Shown here: positions 1 through 12,978 of the stretch, piece after piece
Layout: each line of letters starts with the position of its first letter
How positions within the stretch are numbered: position 1 is the first letter of the stretch
Assembly (NCBI GenBank): GCA_051313645.2
Contig: JBNRSN020000004.1
Location: 168,330,001-168,394,000, forward strand
Direction of reading: 5' to 3'
Source: Centroscyllium fabricii
Taxonomy: Eukaryota
Length of the DNA: 64,000 nt
Position numbers and translations under genes: made by a program
The notes under the pieces: model-generated
Told to the model about the DNA's origin: nothing
What the model saw: only the letters and a program-made list of their open reading frames with translations
The model's database searches: none

Positions 1-1035
1 CTTACTGTAATTATATCGGGCCTTGGTGAGACAACACTGGAGTATTGTGTACAGTTTTGGTCTCCTTACCTAAGGAAGGATATATTTGCCTTTGCGGGAA
101 AGAAAGAAAGACTTGCATTTATATAACGCCTTTCACGACCACAGGACGTCTCAACACTTTACAACCAATGAAGTACAGTCACTGTTGTAATGTGGGAAAT
201 GCAGCAGCCAGTTTGTGCACAGCAAGCTCCCACAAACAGCAATGTGATAATGACCAGATAATCTGTTTTTGTTATGTTGATTGAGGGATAAATATTGGCC
301 AGAACACTGGGGCTAACTCCCCTGCTCCTTTTCGAAAAAGTGCCATGGGATCTTTTACGTCCACCTGAGAGAACAGACAGGGCCTCGGTTTAACGTCTCA
401 TCCAAAAGACGGCAGCTCCAACAGTGCAGCACTGGCGTGTCAGCCTAGATTTATGTGGAGTGGGACTTGAACCCTCAACCTTCTGGCTCAGAGGCGAGTG
501 TGCTACCCACTAAGCCACAGCTGACACACAGGAGTGCAATGAAGGTTCACTAGACTGATTCGTGCGGTGGGGTGGGGGGGATGGGTTGTCCTATGAGGAG
601 AGATTGAGTAGACTAGGCCTATATTCCTTAGAATTTAGAAAACTGAGAGGTGATCTCATTGAAAAATATATATTTCTTACAAGGTTTGACGGGGTGGATG
701 CCGGGAGTATGTTTCCCCTGGCTGGGGAGTCTAGAATCAGGGGTCACAGTCACAGAATAAGGGGTCGGCCATTTAGGACTGAGATGAGGAGAAATTTCTC
801 CACTCAGAGGGTGTTGAATCTTTGGAATTCTCTGCCCCAGAGAGCTGTGGAGGCTCAGTCATTGGGTATATTCAAGACAGAGATTGATAGATTTTTAGAT
901 ATTAAGAGAATCGAGGGATATGGGCACAGTGCGGGAAGGTGGAGATGAGGTAGAGGATCAGCCATGATTTTATTGAATGGCAGAGCAGGCTTGAGGAGCT
1001 GAGTGGCCTACCTCTCTTATTTCTTATGTTCTTGT
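1..1035 (+). mobile_element. CR1 LINE 3' fragment interrupted by a SINE
   Basis: RT C-terminal peptide YEERLSRLGLYSLEFRKLRGDLIE and tail tcttatgttctt. Confidence 0.85.
98..527 (-). mobile_element. tRNA-derived Deu-domain SINE (SacSINE1-like)
   Basis: tRNA-like head on the - strand, core GGATGAGACGTTAAACCGAGGCCC, tail ATATAAATGCAAGTCTTTC. Confidence 0.8.
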
Positions 1036-1237
1036 GCCATTCTTAATCTTGAGCTGTCTACAGCTAAGAAGAAACAGGTTATCATGATTTTGTAATGAAC
1101 CAAAACAATATTTTTTTCTCACAGATTCACAATGTTTCAAAGTGAGGCTTGTCTGTTTATCACCCTTCAATCAAGCTGATCAACTGAAGTGATAGTTAAA
1201 CATTTGGAATGAATCCTTCTGCAATCTGGTAGAAAAT

Positions 1238-2534
1238 ATGAGTGGTTCGAAGCCTGACATCCTGTGGGCTCCTCATCATGTGGACAGATTTGTTGTTTGT
1301 GACTCTGAACTTTGCCTTTATCGTACTGAATCAGTAGGAAATTTTGAAGCTAAAGCTGGTTCTTTGAGGCTTTCAGAGGACACCACAGCTACATTGCTGG
1401 CAATTAACTCTGACACCCCCTATATGAAATGTGTGGCTTGGTATCCTAAGTATGACCCAGAGTGTTTACTTGCCGTTGGTCAAGCTAATGGACGAGTTGT
1501 CCTTACTAGCCTTGGTCAAGATCGCAATTCTAAATGCAGAGATTTGATAGGAAAGGAATTTGTTCCTAAGCATGCTCGCCAGTGTAATACATTAGCTTGG
1601 AATCCTGTGGACAGCAACTGGCTTGCTGCTGGACTGGACAAACACAGGGCAGATTTCTCGGTACTCATCTGGGATATCAGCAGCAAATATACACCAGAGA
1701 TAGCAGTCCCAGCAGAGAAGGTTCGACTTTCTGCTGGTGATACAGATGCTGGCCTTGTCGTAACAAAACCGTTGTACGAACTAGGCCAAAATGATGCAAG
1801 CCTCTCCCTTTGCTGGCTTCCAAGAGATCAGAAACTGCTATTGGCAGGCATGCACCGCAATCTTGCAATTTTTGACTTGAGAAACACCAGCCAAAAAATG
1901 TTTGTCAATACAAAGGCTGTTCAGGGTGTAACTGTTGACCCTCACTTCCATGACCGTGTAGCATCTTTCTTTGAAGGTCAAGTGGCAATCTGGGACTTGC
2001 GGAAGTTTGAAAAGCCAGTGCTGACTCTGACGGAGCAACCAAAACCACTAACAAAAGTAGCTTGGTGTCCAACTAGAACTGGTTTACTGGCTACGTTGAC
2101 TAGAGATAGTAATCTAATTCGCCTGTACGATATGCAACATACCCCAACACCTATTGGGGATGAAACTGAGCCCACCATAATAGAAAGGAGTGTGCAGCCT
2201 TGTGAAAACTACATTGCCTCATTTGCTTGGCATCCGACAAATCAGAACCGTATGGTTGTGGTGTCATCTAACAGATTGATGTCAGACTTCACTGTCTTTG
2301 AGCGAATATCACTGGCGTGGAGTCCAACTACTTCTCTGATGTGGGCATGTGGCAGACACTTGTATAACTGCAGTGAAGAGGGAGAAGCTAGTTCTGGAGA
2401 GAAGGATGTTGCCACAAAAATGAGGCAGCGGGCACTATCAAGATATGGACTTGACACAGAGCAAGTGTGGAGAAATCATTTGTTGGCTGAAGATGATGAC
2501 CCACAGCTAAAATCTTTATGGTACACTCTGCATT
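1238..2534 (+). CDS. MIOS: MIOS coding exon 1 (N-terminal WD40 propeller); exon probably starts at 1125
   Basis: [28 protein letters not shown]...[10 protein letters not shown] matches vertebrate MIOS. It ends at the U12 donor ATATCCTTT (2535). Upstream acceptor ttttttctcacag ends at 1124. Confidence 0.97.
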
Positions 2535-3054
2535 ATATCCTTTTGGTTAAAATTATGAGTAGCAAGGTAATGGTTTCATCAAAGATTTTTTTTAGAAGAA
2601 AGATTATTGCTGAAGAAGTAACATAAATCTTGCAGTAATGTTCTTTTAAGAAGGCCAAAACTTGTATAAAGTAACTTTTTAAATTTTGGGGTTTGCTGTG
2701 CAACAATTTATTTTTCAGTGTGAATAATTTTTTTAAGTAAATGAAACTTGCCTGTAATGTTTCTATTTTAGTTTGGTTGAAGGATGTACATCACTTGTTC
2801 GGCTGTTTGTGGTAGAACTGGGTCTGTTGTACACTAATTGATGGGGATTGATTGCTATGAATAGTCAACAACTCTCTTATCTTGTATCGTGCGACTACCA
2901 GATTTTAGAAGCCGGACTAGATGGACCTTGGTCTTTTTTCATCCACCAATTCCTATGTTCCCATGTCACTGTCAATATTGTGATCTATTTTCAACATCTG
3001 AAAACAAATTGTAAATGGGTGTTGCACTGCTGTTATCCTGCCATAAATGACATT

Positions 3055-4345
3055 GGCCCAGAAATTCAGGTCTCCACGGGTTCGTACGCACGGGGTACTC
3101 ACCCGTAGGCCCAACGAAAGTGCCGGTTTCGTGCATGCACTGCGCATGTGCGGGAATCCGGCACTTCCGTTCCCCTGAACGAAGGGGTTCAGAGGTGGAA
3201 CGCATGCACAGCAGCGCGTGCGCATTGCACTTACGTTTTTCTTTACAGCTTTTTCCATGCGGGTACGTCTGCAGATTTTAGAAATGTAAAAAGCAGGCGT
3301 AAGTCCTGCTTTTAACAAGGTAAGTGGTGAATTAATTCAAATTAAAACATTTTTTCCACAGGTTTATTATTTTTAAATACTTTAAAGAAAAGGTAAGTTT
3401 ATTTTTAGCCCCGTTAGAAAATGTAATTTTTTGAAAATTAAATTATTGTTTAAAATACAGGTTGAGCACCGTTAATCGGGCACGGGCGGGACCAGGCCCG
3501 TGCCGGGAAATGGAAAAAACCGGGAGAACGAGTTTGGACACTGCGCATGCGCGCCAGTCAAAATGGCCGCGCGCATGCGCGCAGCATTGCGATTGGCTGG
3601 CGCGCGCATGCGCAGATCGGGCCCGGGTCCGCCGTCCCTCTCCATCGCCTTTGGGGTTGCTGCTGCCGCCGAGCGGGACTCAGGCTGACAGCTGTTGCCT
3701 AGTGACTGTCCGCCTCAGTCACGGGGCTCAGCTGTCGAGAAAATAACGGGCGGCCGTATTGAATTATCTGCGCATGCGCTAACCGTCCGGTGACGCATGC
3801 GCAGATCATTCAAAACACCCGCAGCTGTTTTGAATGATCTGCGCATGCGCTCGGCGCATGCGCAGATCATTCGCTGAAGCCACGATGGGGGCTGCCATTT
3901 TGCGCATGCGCAGTGCAGTCGGGGCAATTTGTGCCGGCAGACTGAAGCTGCCGGCTATTCGGGACACGGATTAACGGTGCTCAACCTGTAGTTATTTCAT
4001 GTAATTTGTAGTTATTTTAAAAATGTGATTTTAAATTTTTTTTTTTAATTATTTGAAGTTTGTGATATTTTAGGGCTTATAGTATTCATAGTTTTGACAG
4101 CACTTCCTGTCAAACTCATGAATGAAGCATTCCCTGCTCTGATTGGCTCTCCATGGCCCACGTGACCCCAGGGGATGCATCGAACTAACTGCGCCCCTGG
4201 GACACGCAAGCACTGCGCGCCGGCAGTTGGAGGAGGCCCAGGAACGGAATTCCATGCAGGCCCACAGCTCAACGGCTGACGCGCAAGGTAAGTGCAGGTT
4301 GGAGGCTTACACCCGCAGGAAGCCTCTGACCCGAATTTCCGGACC
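3055..4345. mobile_element. Non-autonomous PIF/Harbinger-like DNA transposon
   Basis: TIRs GGCCCAGAAATTCAGGTC / GACCCGAATTTCCGGACC; 3-bp TSD ATT. Confidence 0.75.
3458..3988. mobile_element. Tc1/mariner (Tigger-like) MITE with GC-rich cargo, nested in the Harbinger-like element
   Basis: 20-bp TIR CAGGTTGAGCACCGTTAATC; TA on both sides. Confidence 0.9.
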
Positions 4346-5096
4346 ATTGTAAATCTGCACAGCAAGAGCTCACTGCATCTATTTTCTCCTGGAGCATAAC
4401 CCCATTTCCTTGGAATAGTGACTGATATATTGAATTCCCTATCAGTTATCACTTTAGCGGATCTGGAGGAATTGGTGCTGTATTTGAGAGATGAAGCTTT
4501 TTAATTTGTATGTCTAGGTCAGGAGTATAAAATTCTGCCTTTTTCCCCAGGATAACTGGCAGAATAGCTCATAAGTGAAGTTTAGTAGGTATGGTTATCC
4601 TAATGCATGACAATAAACATCCTGTTTACACTGCTGACGATGACCTGCACTGCTCATAACATTGAAACAATTCAGTTTGAAGAAAAAAGAAATTAGTCCA
4701 GTCAAATCAATAGAAACTGCATTATGTGGTGCTGAAGAGATTAAACAAAAACTTAAAATAAAAAATGCTGAAAGTACAGAACACATCCATCATCATTTGT
4801 CGGGGACAGATAGGTTACTGTTTCTGGTGCAGCCCCTGGAAATAATATTTATATTACTCTTTCTCCAACCCAGAATTAACTTCCAGTATAAGCTGTTTAG
4901 TGCTACTAATCAAGTCATTCAGATGGCAGTTTTCTCACTGCTGAAACACTTGTGAATGAGCTGTCTGTATGCCAAATACTTCTGGTTCCTGATTAAGGTG
5001 CTAAAGTAGTTAATATTTAATCAGATTTTCGTGTTTGATATAAACATGTAAATGATGAGGATTATTCTGAATTGCACCAACTTTTATTTGAGGCTA

Positions 5097-5410
5097 TTGC
5101 ATTTATATAATGCCGTACACAATTTCAGGGTATCCTAAAGCGCTTTACAGCCCATGCAGCACTTTTGAAGTGTAGTTACTGTTGTAATGTAGGGAAAGGC
5201 GGCAGCCGATTTTCACACAACAAGCTCCCACAAAGAGCAATGTGATGATGACCAGATAATTTGTTTTGTTTGTGGTGTTGGTTGAGGGATTAATATTGGC
5301 CAGGACACCAAAGAAATCCCCTGCTCCTCTTCGAATAAAGCTACGGGATCTTTCATGTCCACCTGCGGGGGCAGACGGGGCTTCGGTTTAATGTCTCATC
5401 CGAAAGAAAG
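5097..5410 (-). mobile_element. Deu-domain SINE, 5' truncated
   Basis: Homologous to 98-527. Confidence 0.75.
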
Positions 5411-7789
5411 GGGTGGAATATTTTGGAAGGAGGAATGTACTTTCAATTTAAAATACTTTCCCCTCCATTTCTTCCCCCTCCTATTTTACTGTATTTAAAA
5501 TGAAGATTGTTTAGTATCCCAGTCATATTTTCTAGTGAGAAAGCAGCCTTGTTACATTTGGTCTCCCCAGCCTGCGGGGTGGGGGAAATATTTAGTGATG
5601 TATGTGACTGTTCTATTTTCAGTACTTGTACCCTGGTTATCAAGCTTTCTGATTGTTTTGAAAGCACTGAGGAGTGGGAGGAGGGAATGGTGATAATGAG
5701 ACCAGACCAAAGACAAACGTGACACCTTTCTCGCCTGAGCTGGTGTTTTGTAGCCAGAGCACCTGCTGTGGCTGATTTCTACCAGGCTGTTTTGTAAGGA
5801 ATTTCTATTTTCAGATGTGAGGGGTTTCTGAGCAGGTTTTGGAAGAGCGTTTCAATTCTCCCAAGTTCTTAAACCTAAAACATCAAAATGTTAAATCAGA
5901 TGGTGAAGTTGAGCTTTTAGATACAAAGGCCCTGAAATTTCAATCCAGGGTCAGCAGAGGGTGGGTGAATTGCTTGATGAAGGCAGAACTTCGGGTGGAA
6001 CCCAGTTCCAGTGGGATGCCGTCCATGTAAAATGCAGTAAATTCTGTCCAAGGAAGATAGAGAGGAATATGGCTACCTCCCATTACGCCAAGGGGTGGGA
6101 GCATGTCTTGGATTTCTGCCCATTACATCCTTTTAAGGCCTCCGTGGAACTCTTGCCACTAAGAGCTGGCGTGTGTTCCATTGAGGTCTGTAGGAAGGCC
6201 CCAGTGGGATGCACCAAGATCCACTTCTATCTCTGAAGCACGTGCTCCTTCCCGCCCCCCAACCTCGTAAATGACCCCATCTCTGGAAATTGGAACTGGG
6301 TCAGCTGTCTTCATGTTTGGTGTTTAGGAGTTTCTCCTTGCTACATTTGTATCAGTGGAGTGGGCCCATCATAATTTTAACTGCTATATATAACAAAAAT
6401 ATAAGGCATTATTAATTGGCTAAAATCTTGTGCCACTTAACCTTATGGGGTTGCTTCCTATGGCAAGAGTGGTGTTGGCTGGTAAAGGGTCAGTGTCATT
6501 GCCTGAGTAGTTTGTGCTGGTATGCTCCATTGTGCTGTGACCTCAGTCCACCGCAATATATTTTCTGGAATAAGGCAGATGTGATCATGATGCAGTTGGT
6601 GCTTTGAAATTATGCAAGTGGGAGCCCTGGTTTTAAAATTCCAGCTTCAGCTCGATCTTCCCTTTCATCCCCTAGGATGGGTTATTAGCATGGCATTGAG
6701 TCATGTACATCTTTAAAGACTACATGAAATGCAGTGCATTTGATAAATGATAAGCTTTCCATGGCGTTATTTGTGGTGAATTGGCGGACATGCTGTTGTA
6801 GCATACAACGCAAGATTGGGACCACTGATTTACAATGATTTGAATAAGTCCAATTGTGCTTTTATTAGAGAGTTTCAGGAGTGTTAGCAATATTTCCAGG
6901 CTCGTCTACACAGTATTTGTATGGAACTGTAAATTAGCTTCAGTTTAATTATAACTTTTTTAACTGCAGTTAGTTTATCTTTTTTTTTTTTAAAGTACAG
7001 GATGAAGGGGAAGATGTTGCAGATAGGATGTAGGAACTGTAGCAGTAGTGAGGGGCTGTGGGTGGTTCTGGGGTTTGGGAGGAGGGCATTTTTGAGGGGT
7101 CTGGAAGAATGAAGAGGGTGTTTACAGAATGTGGGAGCACTGGGAAGGGCATGCCAGGTTGAGAGGAGTGGGATAGGGATCTTGGAAGTGTTGGGAGCAT
7201 TGGGCGGAGGCTCCTTGAAGTGGCGATGGTGAAAGGATGTTTTTTGGGTGTGGCAGCACTGGGATGGCAGTGATGGTGTGTGAAAGCATTGGAGAGGGTG
7301 TGGGATATTAGGGGTGATGGTTATGGGTGCCACCAATTTCTCATGCAGGTTGACAGTGGAGGGAAAGGCATGTGTGTTGAGGGGAGGGAGGTAGTGAGGA
7401 TGATGATGCCGTGCTTAGGGTTGGGGATCCAGCCCTGGTGGATGAGAGAGATTTTTCATGTTGCACATTATCAACGTTTATTTCTTAATTAAAATTATTG
7501 AACAAGAAGGTGTATATAACTGGCTAGGAGCTGCCTCTGGGCTAATGTGATCAACCACCAGATGGTGAGTAATGAAGACAATGGCTGTTTGATTGCAGAA
7601 GTGCAGATTGTAGGTTTTGTTAAGTGCATGTTCAGATTGTGGAAAATTCAAGGTTGCAATATATTACTAAGAGTTGCTGAAGCATGATGACATTGTATAT
7701 AGATTTTCATTGTCAATTACTATTGAAGCAGGCAAAAAAAACTACAAGCTATTTTTCCCTTCATGTTGCTTTCCTATATTTACAATCAC

Positions 7790-7888
7790 TCATGAAACAA
7801 TATGCTGAAGATGCAGAACAGAAATCATCTGTGAACAAAGTGCCTCTTGTATACTCTGGCATCAAAACAATAGTGAAATCAAGTGCAG
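7790..7888 (+). CDS. MIOS: MIOS coding exon 2 (99 nt)
   Basis: (F)[32 protein letters not shown]; donor G|GTGAGT. Confidence 0.93.
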
Positions 7889-9872
7889 GTGAGTGTGAAT
7901 TAATTGATGTGTTTCCCCTCCATTTGTAATGTTTGCCTCTGGTGCAGATGCTTGTAGTTTGATGTTCCAGGTGTTATCAGATAACTAACAGGGACGATAA
8001 TGCAGAATTTAGCTTCAGGTGGACTGAAACAAATTTCCAATCCAAACATCAGTTGTCTTAATTGGGCAGTGGTTTGGATCAGGAACACAAAGTGTTTTAA
8101 TTTTAACTATCCAAAAACAGAAACTGCATAATTCAGCCATACATAGCAGCAACCATTGCTTTAAACAGTAAGATGTTCCTATTTGGTTTGTAACAGGTCT
8201 CTAACAAAGAAATCTCGAAATATAAACATTTGAACACACCTTTTTACCTGTACTGAATTTACACAGTCCCATTTCCTGCTTTAGAAGTGTAACTTGTTTT
8301 TGATTGGCTATTACACCACTCGAGGACAAATTCATGTCCAGTTTAATTATATATACAGGTATAATATATTTTTGGTATAAGTAGTACCTCAAGAGCCCTT
8401 CTGTTCTCTGATTCTGTTTTCATTGCCTGGGATCTACACCAATGCAGTGGCTCTGTTTCTGCATTATCTAAGTGTTACTAACAATCAGCCAAAACGATGG
8501 GGAGTTGTTACTCTCTTTAATAAAACTTCTAACTGGAACATGGTTGGAATAAAGCCATAGCGTTTATTATAGATCTGTTATTAAACCTTGATACTTGAGG
8601 ATGTGAGGCCTACACTAATATAAATTGGGCATAATGCATATGTTTTAAAAGTATTTGCATATTTTCATATTGCCTTCATTTTCCTAGTTTTTGGTTAGTA
8701 TTCGAATACTTTCTCAAGTTTATGATTATTTAATAGAATGTTTACAAATGTCAGAAGTTATTTTCCTCTGCATTTTTCTGTTTCTCTTTTCAGATACCTG
8801 TACTATATTTTTGTATCACTAATTTGTGACTTGATAATTCATACACTACAGTTTCCATTGTTTTCTGGTAATGCCAATTTTATGTGATGTATATTTATTG
8901 ATTCTTAATGGGTAAAATGGTTTGCATCTTAAAAATTACAAATATATAGTACAATGCTTTTCTGTAAACAATTTCAGTTGTCATGTGCTCATGGGAAAAG
9001 AGCCAGATTTCAAAGAAAAGTACCTGGATGATTTTAGGTAGGGATAAGTTTGCCTGTCTGGTCATCTGGCAAGAGACTTGGATATTAGCTGGATATGGTC
9101 TGTTTATGTTGGGGTAGGCATATCTCCTGGTGCATATACCAGAGAGTAATAAGATAGTGGAGTCTATGGCAATGTTTGTCTGTTATGTGGGGGAAACTTG
9201 AGGGGTTGAATGTAACCAAAGTTTATAAGTGGGAAGAGGAGATGTTATTTGGGTGCCTGCTTTAAATCATAGAGTTAAGAAGCAGCATTTTTTGATGGTG
9301 CTTTGTCTGTGTATTTTATACATAATTATGTAGGATTTAAGCAGTCGACCTACCCACGTGTAGTTTAAAATGCTTTGATTGTCCATATTGTATGCTTACA
9401 GATGTAAATATCCCATCTTTCAAAACCTTGTTTCAGGAATGCAATGTCAGACCTCTTTCACCCACTGGTGCGATCCAAATATGCTGTGTTAGCACATTTA
9501 GTGTATATTCATAAATTCATTTACATGGATGGGACATTTTCTATCAACATTATCCACAATCAAGAACACAACTCTTTTTTAAATGATGCATTTTATATCA
9601 CACTCTGCTTCAACAGGGGTAAAATTGCATTCGTCCAGGATCCAGAACCATCCTAGAAAGATTCCTCCATTTAATACAACTGAGGCAGTGTGATGATCAT
9701 CCCGGGACTCGTTCATAAATCTTTTGAGATTCAAGCAATCAAATTGAATATTTGGGCTTTCATGTGCCTTTTATTTCATTTGTACAATCAGAAAAAGAAT
9801 TGGTTCTAATGGTCAATTTTTGCATTTTAGTATCAAGCAGAGCCCACTATTGCGTGCTGAGTTATCAAGCTC

Positions 9873-10450
9873 AACAATAATAACTTGCATTTATATAGCA
9901 AATTAAACATAGTAAAACATCCCAAGGCGCTCACAGGAATGTAATGAGACAAAATTTGACACCCGCGCCACATGCGATATTAAGACAGGTGACCAAAAGC
10001 TGAGTCAAAGAGGTAGGTTTTAAGGAATGTCTTAAAGGAGGAGAGAGCGGTACAGAGACGGAGAGGTTTAGGAGGGAATTCCAGAGCTTGGGGCCTAGAC
10101 AGCTGAAGGCATGGCCACCAATGGTGGAGTGAAGGAAATCAGAAGTGCACAAGAGCCCAGAATTGGAGGAAGGCTGAGTTCTCAGAGGGTTGTAGGGCTG
10201 GAGGAGGTTAAAGAGATAGGGAAGGGTGAACCCATGGAGGGATCTGAACACAAGGATGAGAATTTTAAATTTGAGGCATTGATGGACCAGCAACCAATGT
10301 AGATCAGCGAGCACAGGAATGATGGGCGAATGGGACCTGATGCGGGCAGCAAAGTTTTGGATGACCTCAAATTTACAGAGGACGCAAGGTGAGAGGCTGA
10401 TCAGGAAAGCATTGGAATAGTCGAGTCTGGAGGTAACAAAAGCATGGATG
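9873..10450 (-). mobile_element. L2-type LINE 3' fragment
   Basis: Peptide LADLHWLLVHQCLKFKILILVFRSLHG...GGHAFSCLGPKLWNSL. Confidence 0.8.
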
Positions 10451-10531
10451 GATGAATTAATTATGTAGTCAAGGTTAAAACATTGTGAAGCACCATATCA
10501 ATTTTTTTGTTTACATTTATTCCATTGTCAG

Positions 10532-10792
10532 AGAGAAAAACAGAGAGTTATAAGCACAGCTGGACTGGGTGTGATCGACAGACAGATGTTATCAGGTACC
10601 AGAGTGAGGAGCGATGCTTGGCTCTGCAACTTTGTGGTTGGATCCAGAAGGGACCAGAGATTGATGTGGGTCCCTTCCTAAACTCATTAGAGCAAGGAGA
10701 AGAATGGGAACGAGCTGCTGCTGTTGCACTTTTTAACCTTGACATTCGAAAAGCTATAGAGATTCTCAACAAGGGAGCTGCTTTGGGGAAAG
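10532..10792 (+). CDS. MIOS: MIOS coding exon 3 (261 nt)
   Basis: ...[28 protein letters not shown]...[17 protein letters not shown]; acceptor gtcag, donor G|GTATGC; frame consistent. Confidence 0.92.
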
Positions 10793-10995
10793 GTATGCTA
10801 TTCATCTGTTTTTACATTGTTTCAAGCTAATTGATCATTATACATATAAGACAATTTTTGTGACGCATCTTGGATTGCTTTATTTCATTCAGTGAGTGGA
10901 AACAAGAATGAGCATCAATTTGCTTTGCGTAACCAAATGAGAAGGATAGATACTCTTTCTTGTGGCATGGGTTTTAGAAATGTTGTCACGATTTA

Positions 10996-11586
10996 GGCCT
11001 AGAGTTTTGCTAATTTTCACCTGAAATTGAGCAAACCATGTAAAATATCGCGGAATTTTAAGTGCAACTTACGGTGAGCGTAAATTGAGTTTCAGCAATT
11101 TTTAACGTTGGTTTAAAAAACATTGTGCTGGAAGCTGGCCCCGCCCTCAAATGGCCACACCCGCAGATCGAAATAATGAGCATGGCGAGTTTCCGCCGTT
11201 TGCAACTGGTCGAGGAGGCTCTTCAAATTAAGCTTTTTTTCAGGCGTAAAGGCACATACTAAATATTTTAAAATATTTTACTTAGTAAGAAACTGACTAG
11301 TGTACACTGATGAAACTAGTAAATGGTTCAGTATAGAATTTTTAAAGTAATTTTCAGTGATTTAAAATCCGGTTATTCAGGTGATGGAATAAACACTCTT
11401 ATTAAAAATGCTTATTTTTTGTAATAAACCCATTTTCAGCTTTCCGATTGCACTGGTTCATGGAAGATTTTACATTTGTGGTTATGCAAATGAGTGAGTT
11501 GAAGTTTGAACCATAACTTCACTTCGTAAAACCAGCGCAATTTGCGCACAGATTGCCGATTGCGCCCAAAGCAGAAACTCTAACCC
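10996..11586. mobile_element. Harbinger-like MITE
   Basis: Ends GGCCTAGAGTTTTGCT / AGCAGAAACTCTAACCC; TSD TTA. Confidence 0.7.
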
Positions 11587-12702
11587 TTAGAACCCTTCTT
11601 TAAAGTAATTGTATATATATTAATACACTCCCTACCATTTTAAATCGAGCAACACCTCCAATAGTACAGCACTCCCTCAGTGCTGCCAGCCTGGATTATG
11701 TGGTCCGGTCTCTGGAGTGGGATTTTAACCTGCAACCTTCTGACTCCAAGATGAGAGTGCTAACTAACACTGAGCCAAGGCTGACGCTCATAATTTCATA
11801 AAAGAATACTCCAAAGTGAAATTATAATTTTATGTTTTCTCATTAATCTAAAAGTACACCCTAATGTTTTTTTTAAACTCTATCTCGGGACAGCTGATAC
11901 TTGTGTTTTCACGGCCCAGGATCCTGACAAAAGTGGCCTCCAGTGCTGACTCCACCAAAGTATGCAGAATCAGGGAAAGCTCACCTCCTACCAATATGCC
12001 CAGTGGGCACTAATGCAATTCGGAGTGCAACTTGGGCAGTACCAGACGTAGGAGACTGCAATGTGGTGGATGGTAAACCTTCAAAGATCCTGGAAGTGTG
12101 CCCAACAGCCAGAGGCTGAAAAAGAAAGGCACAAATGTTTCAATCTTTGGGGGCCCAGGCTCTGACTCAGATCTGGAATCTCCATGTGGGCTTACATTCA
12201 CTGGATGTTATTCCTGCTTTCACTCAATTACAGACCCATTAATGTCTTGCTAAGCCAGGGACGAGGAAACATTTGGGCTTGGAGATAGCCCCCCCCCCCC
12301 CAGCTGTCGCCTCTAACACCAGTGTTCTTGTTTGAATTGGAGGAGACTCTAGCACCAACAAAGCACTGCGGAAGCGGGTGAGGTAGGCTAGGATCTGGTG
12401 TGTCCAGACCTCTTGCTGGGCTTGTCAGGCATACACTGGAAGGCTATGGATTTTCGGCCCCAATATTTGTTTGCTTTGGCTTAATGCACTCAAAATCTGT
12501 TTGTGCACCCAAAATCAGATCTGTGGCAAAGATGACAGCCCTAATTTGGAGGTCAGACAGTTAATAAGTTGGGATATGGGGTGGGGAGTGGGGAGTATCT
12601 TTCAGATGGACTTGGGCAAAGCTTTTATTGGGTGTAAATTTTCTTTTTAAATAAAAAATAAATGGAAGAGGTGGCTTATAATGAATCCTTTGTGATTTAC
12701 AG

Positions 12703-12872
12703 GAGATTTGAACCTGAATGTTGTAGCTATGGCACTGTCAGGTTACACAGATGAAAAGAATTCTCTGTGGCGAGAAATGTGTAGCACTCTGAGGCTGCAG
12801 CTGAATAATCCTTATCTATGTGTCATGTTTGCCTTTCTGACTAGTGAACCAGGGTCATATGATGGTGTGTTG
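12703..12872 (+). CDS. MIOS: MIOS coding exon 4 (170 nt)
   Basis: [27 protein letters not shown]...YDGVL; tttacag / GTAAGT. Confidence 0.95.
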
Positions 12873-12978
12873 GTAAGTTCTGTCTGCCTATCATTTAATG
12901 GTTATAATTTTGACCATTAACATTTTTGTAAACCAATTATTTTGTCAAATGCTAACATTTTATCATCCCTCACTTTAG

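Larger units (their letters stand above)
2535..7789 (+). other. U12-type AT-AC intron of MIOS
   Basis: Starts ATATCCTTTT and ends ...caatcAC. Joining T|TC restores TTC (Phe) in the conserved TLH-F-MKQY. Confidence 0.93.

Noticed and set aside
2535-2626. C-terminal tail of the 462-aa ORF (YILLVKIM...EEVT)
   Set aside because: Read-through into the U12 intron; MIOS homology resumes at 7790
6990-7450. G-rich strand-biased tract with 150-aa antisense ORF
   Set aside because: Low-complexity, probably decayed repeat interior; no domain recognised
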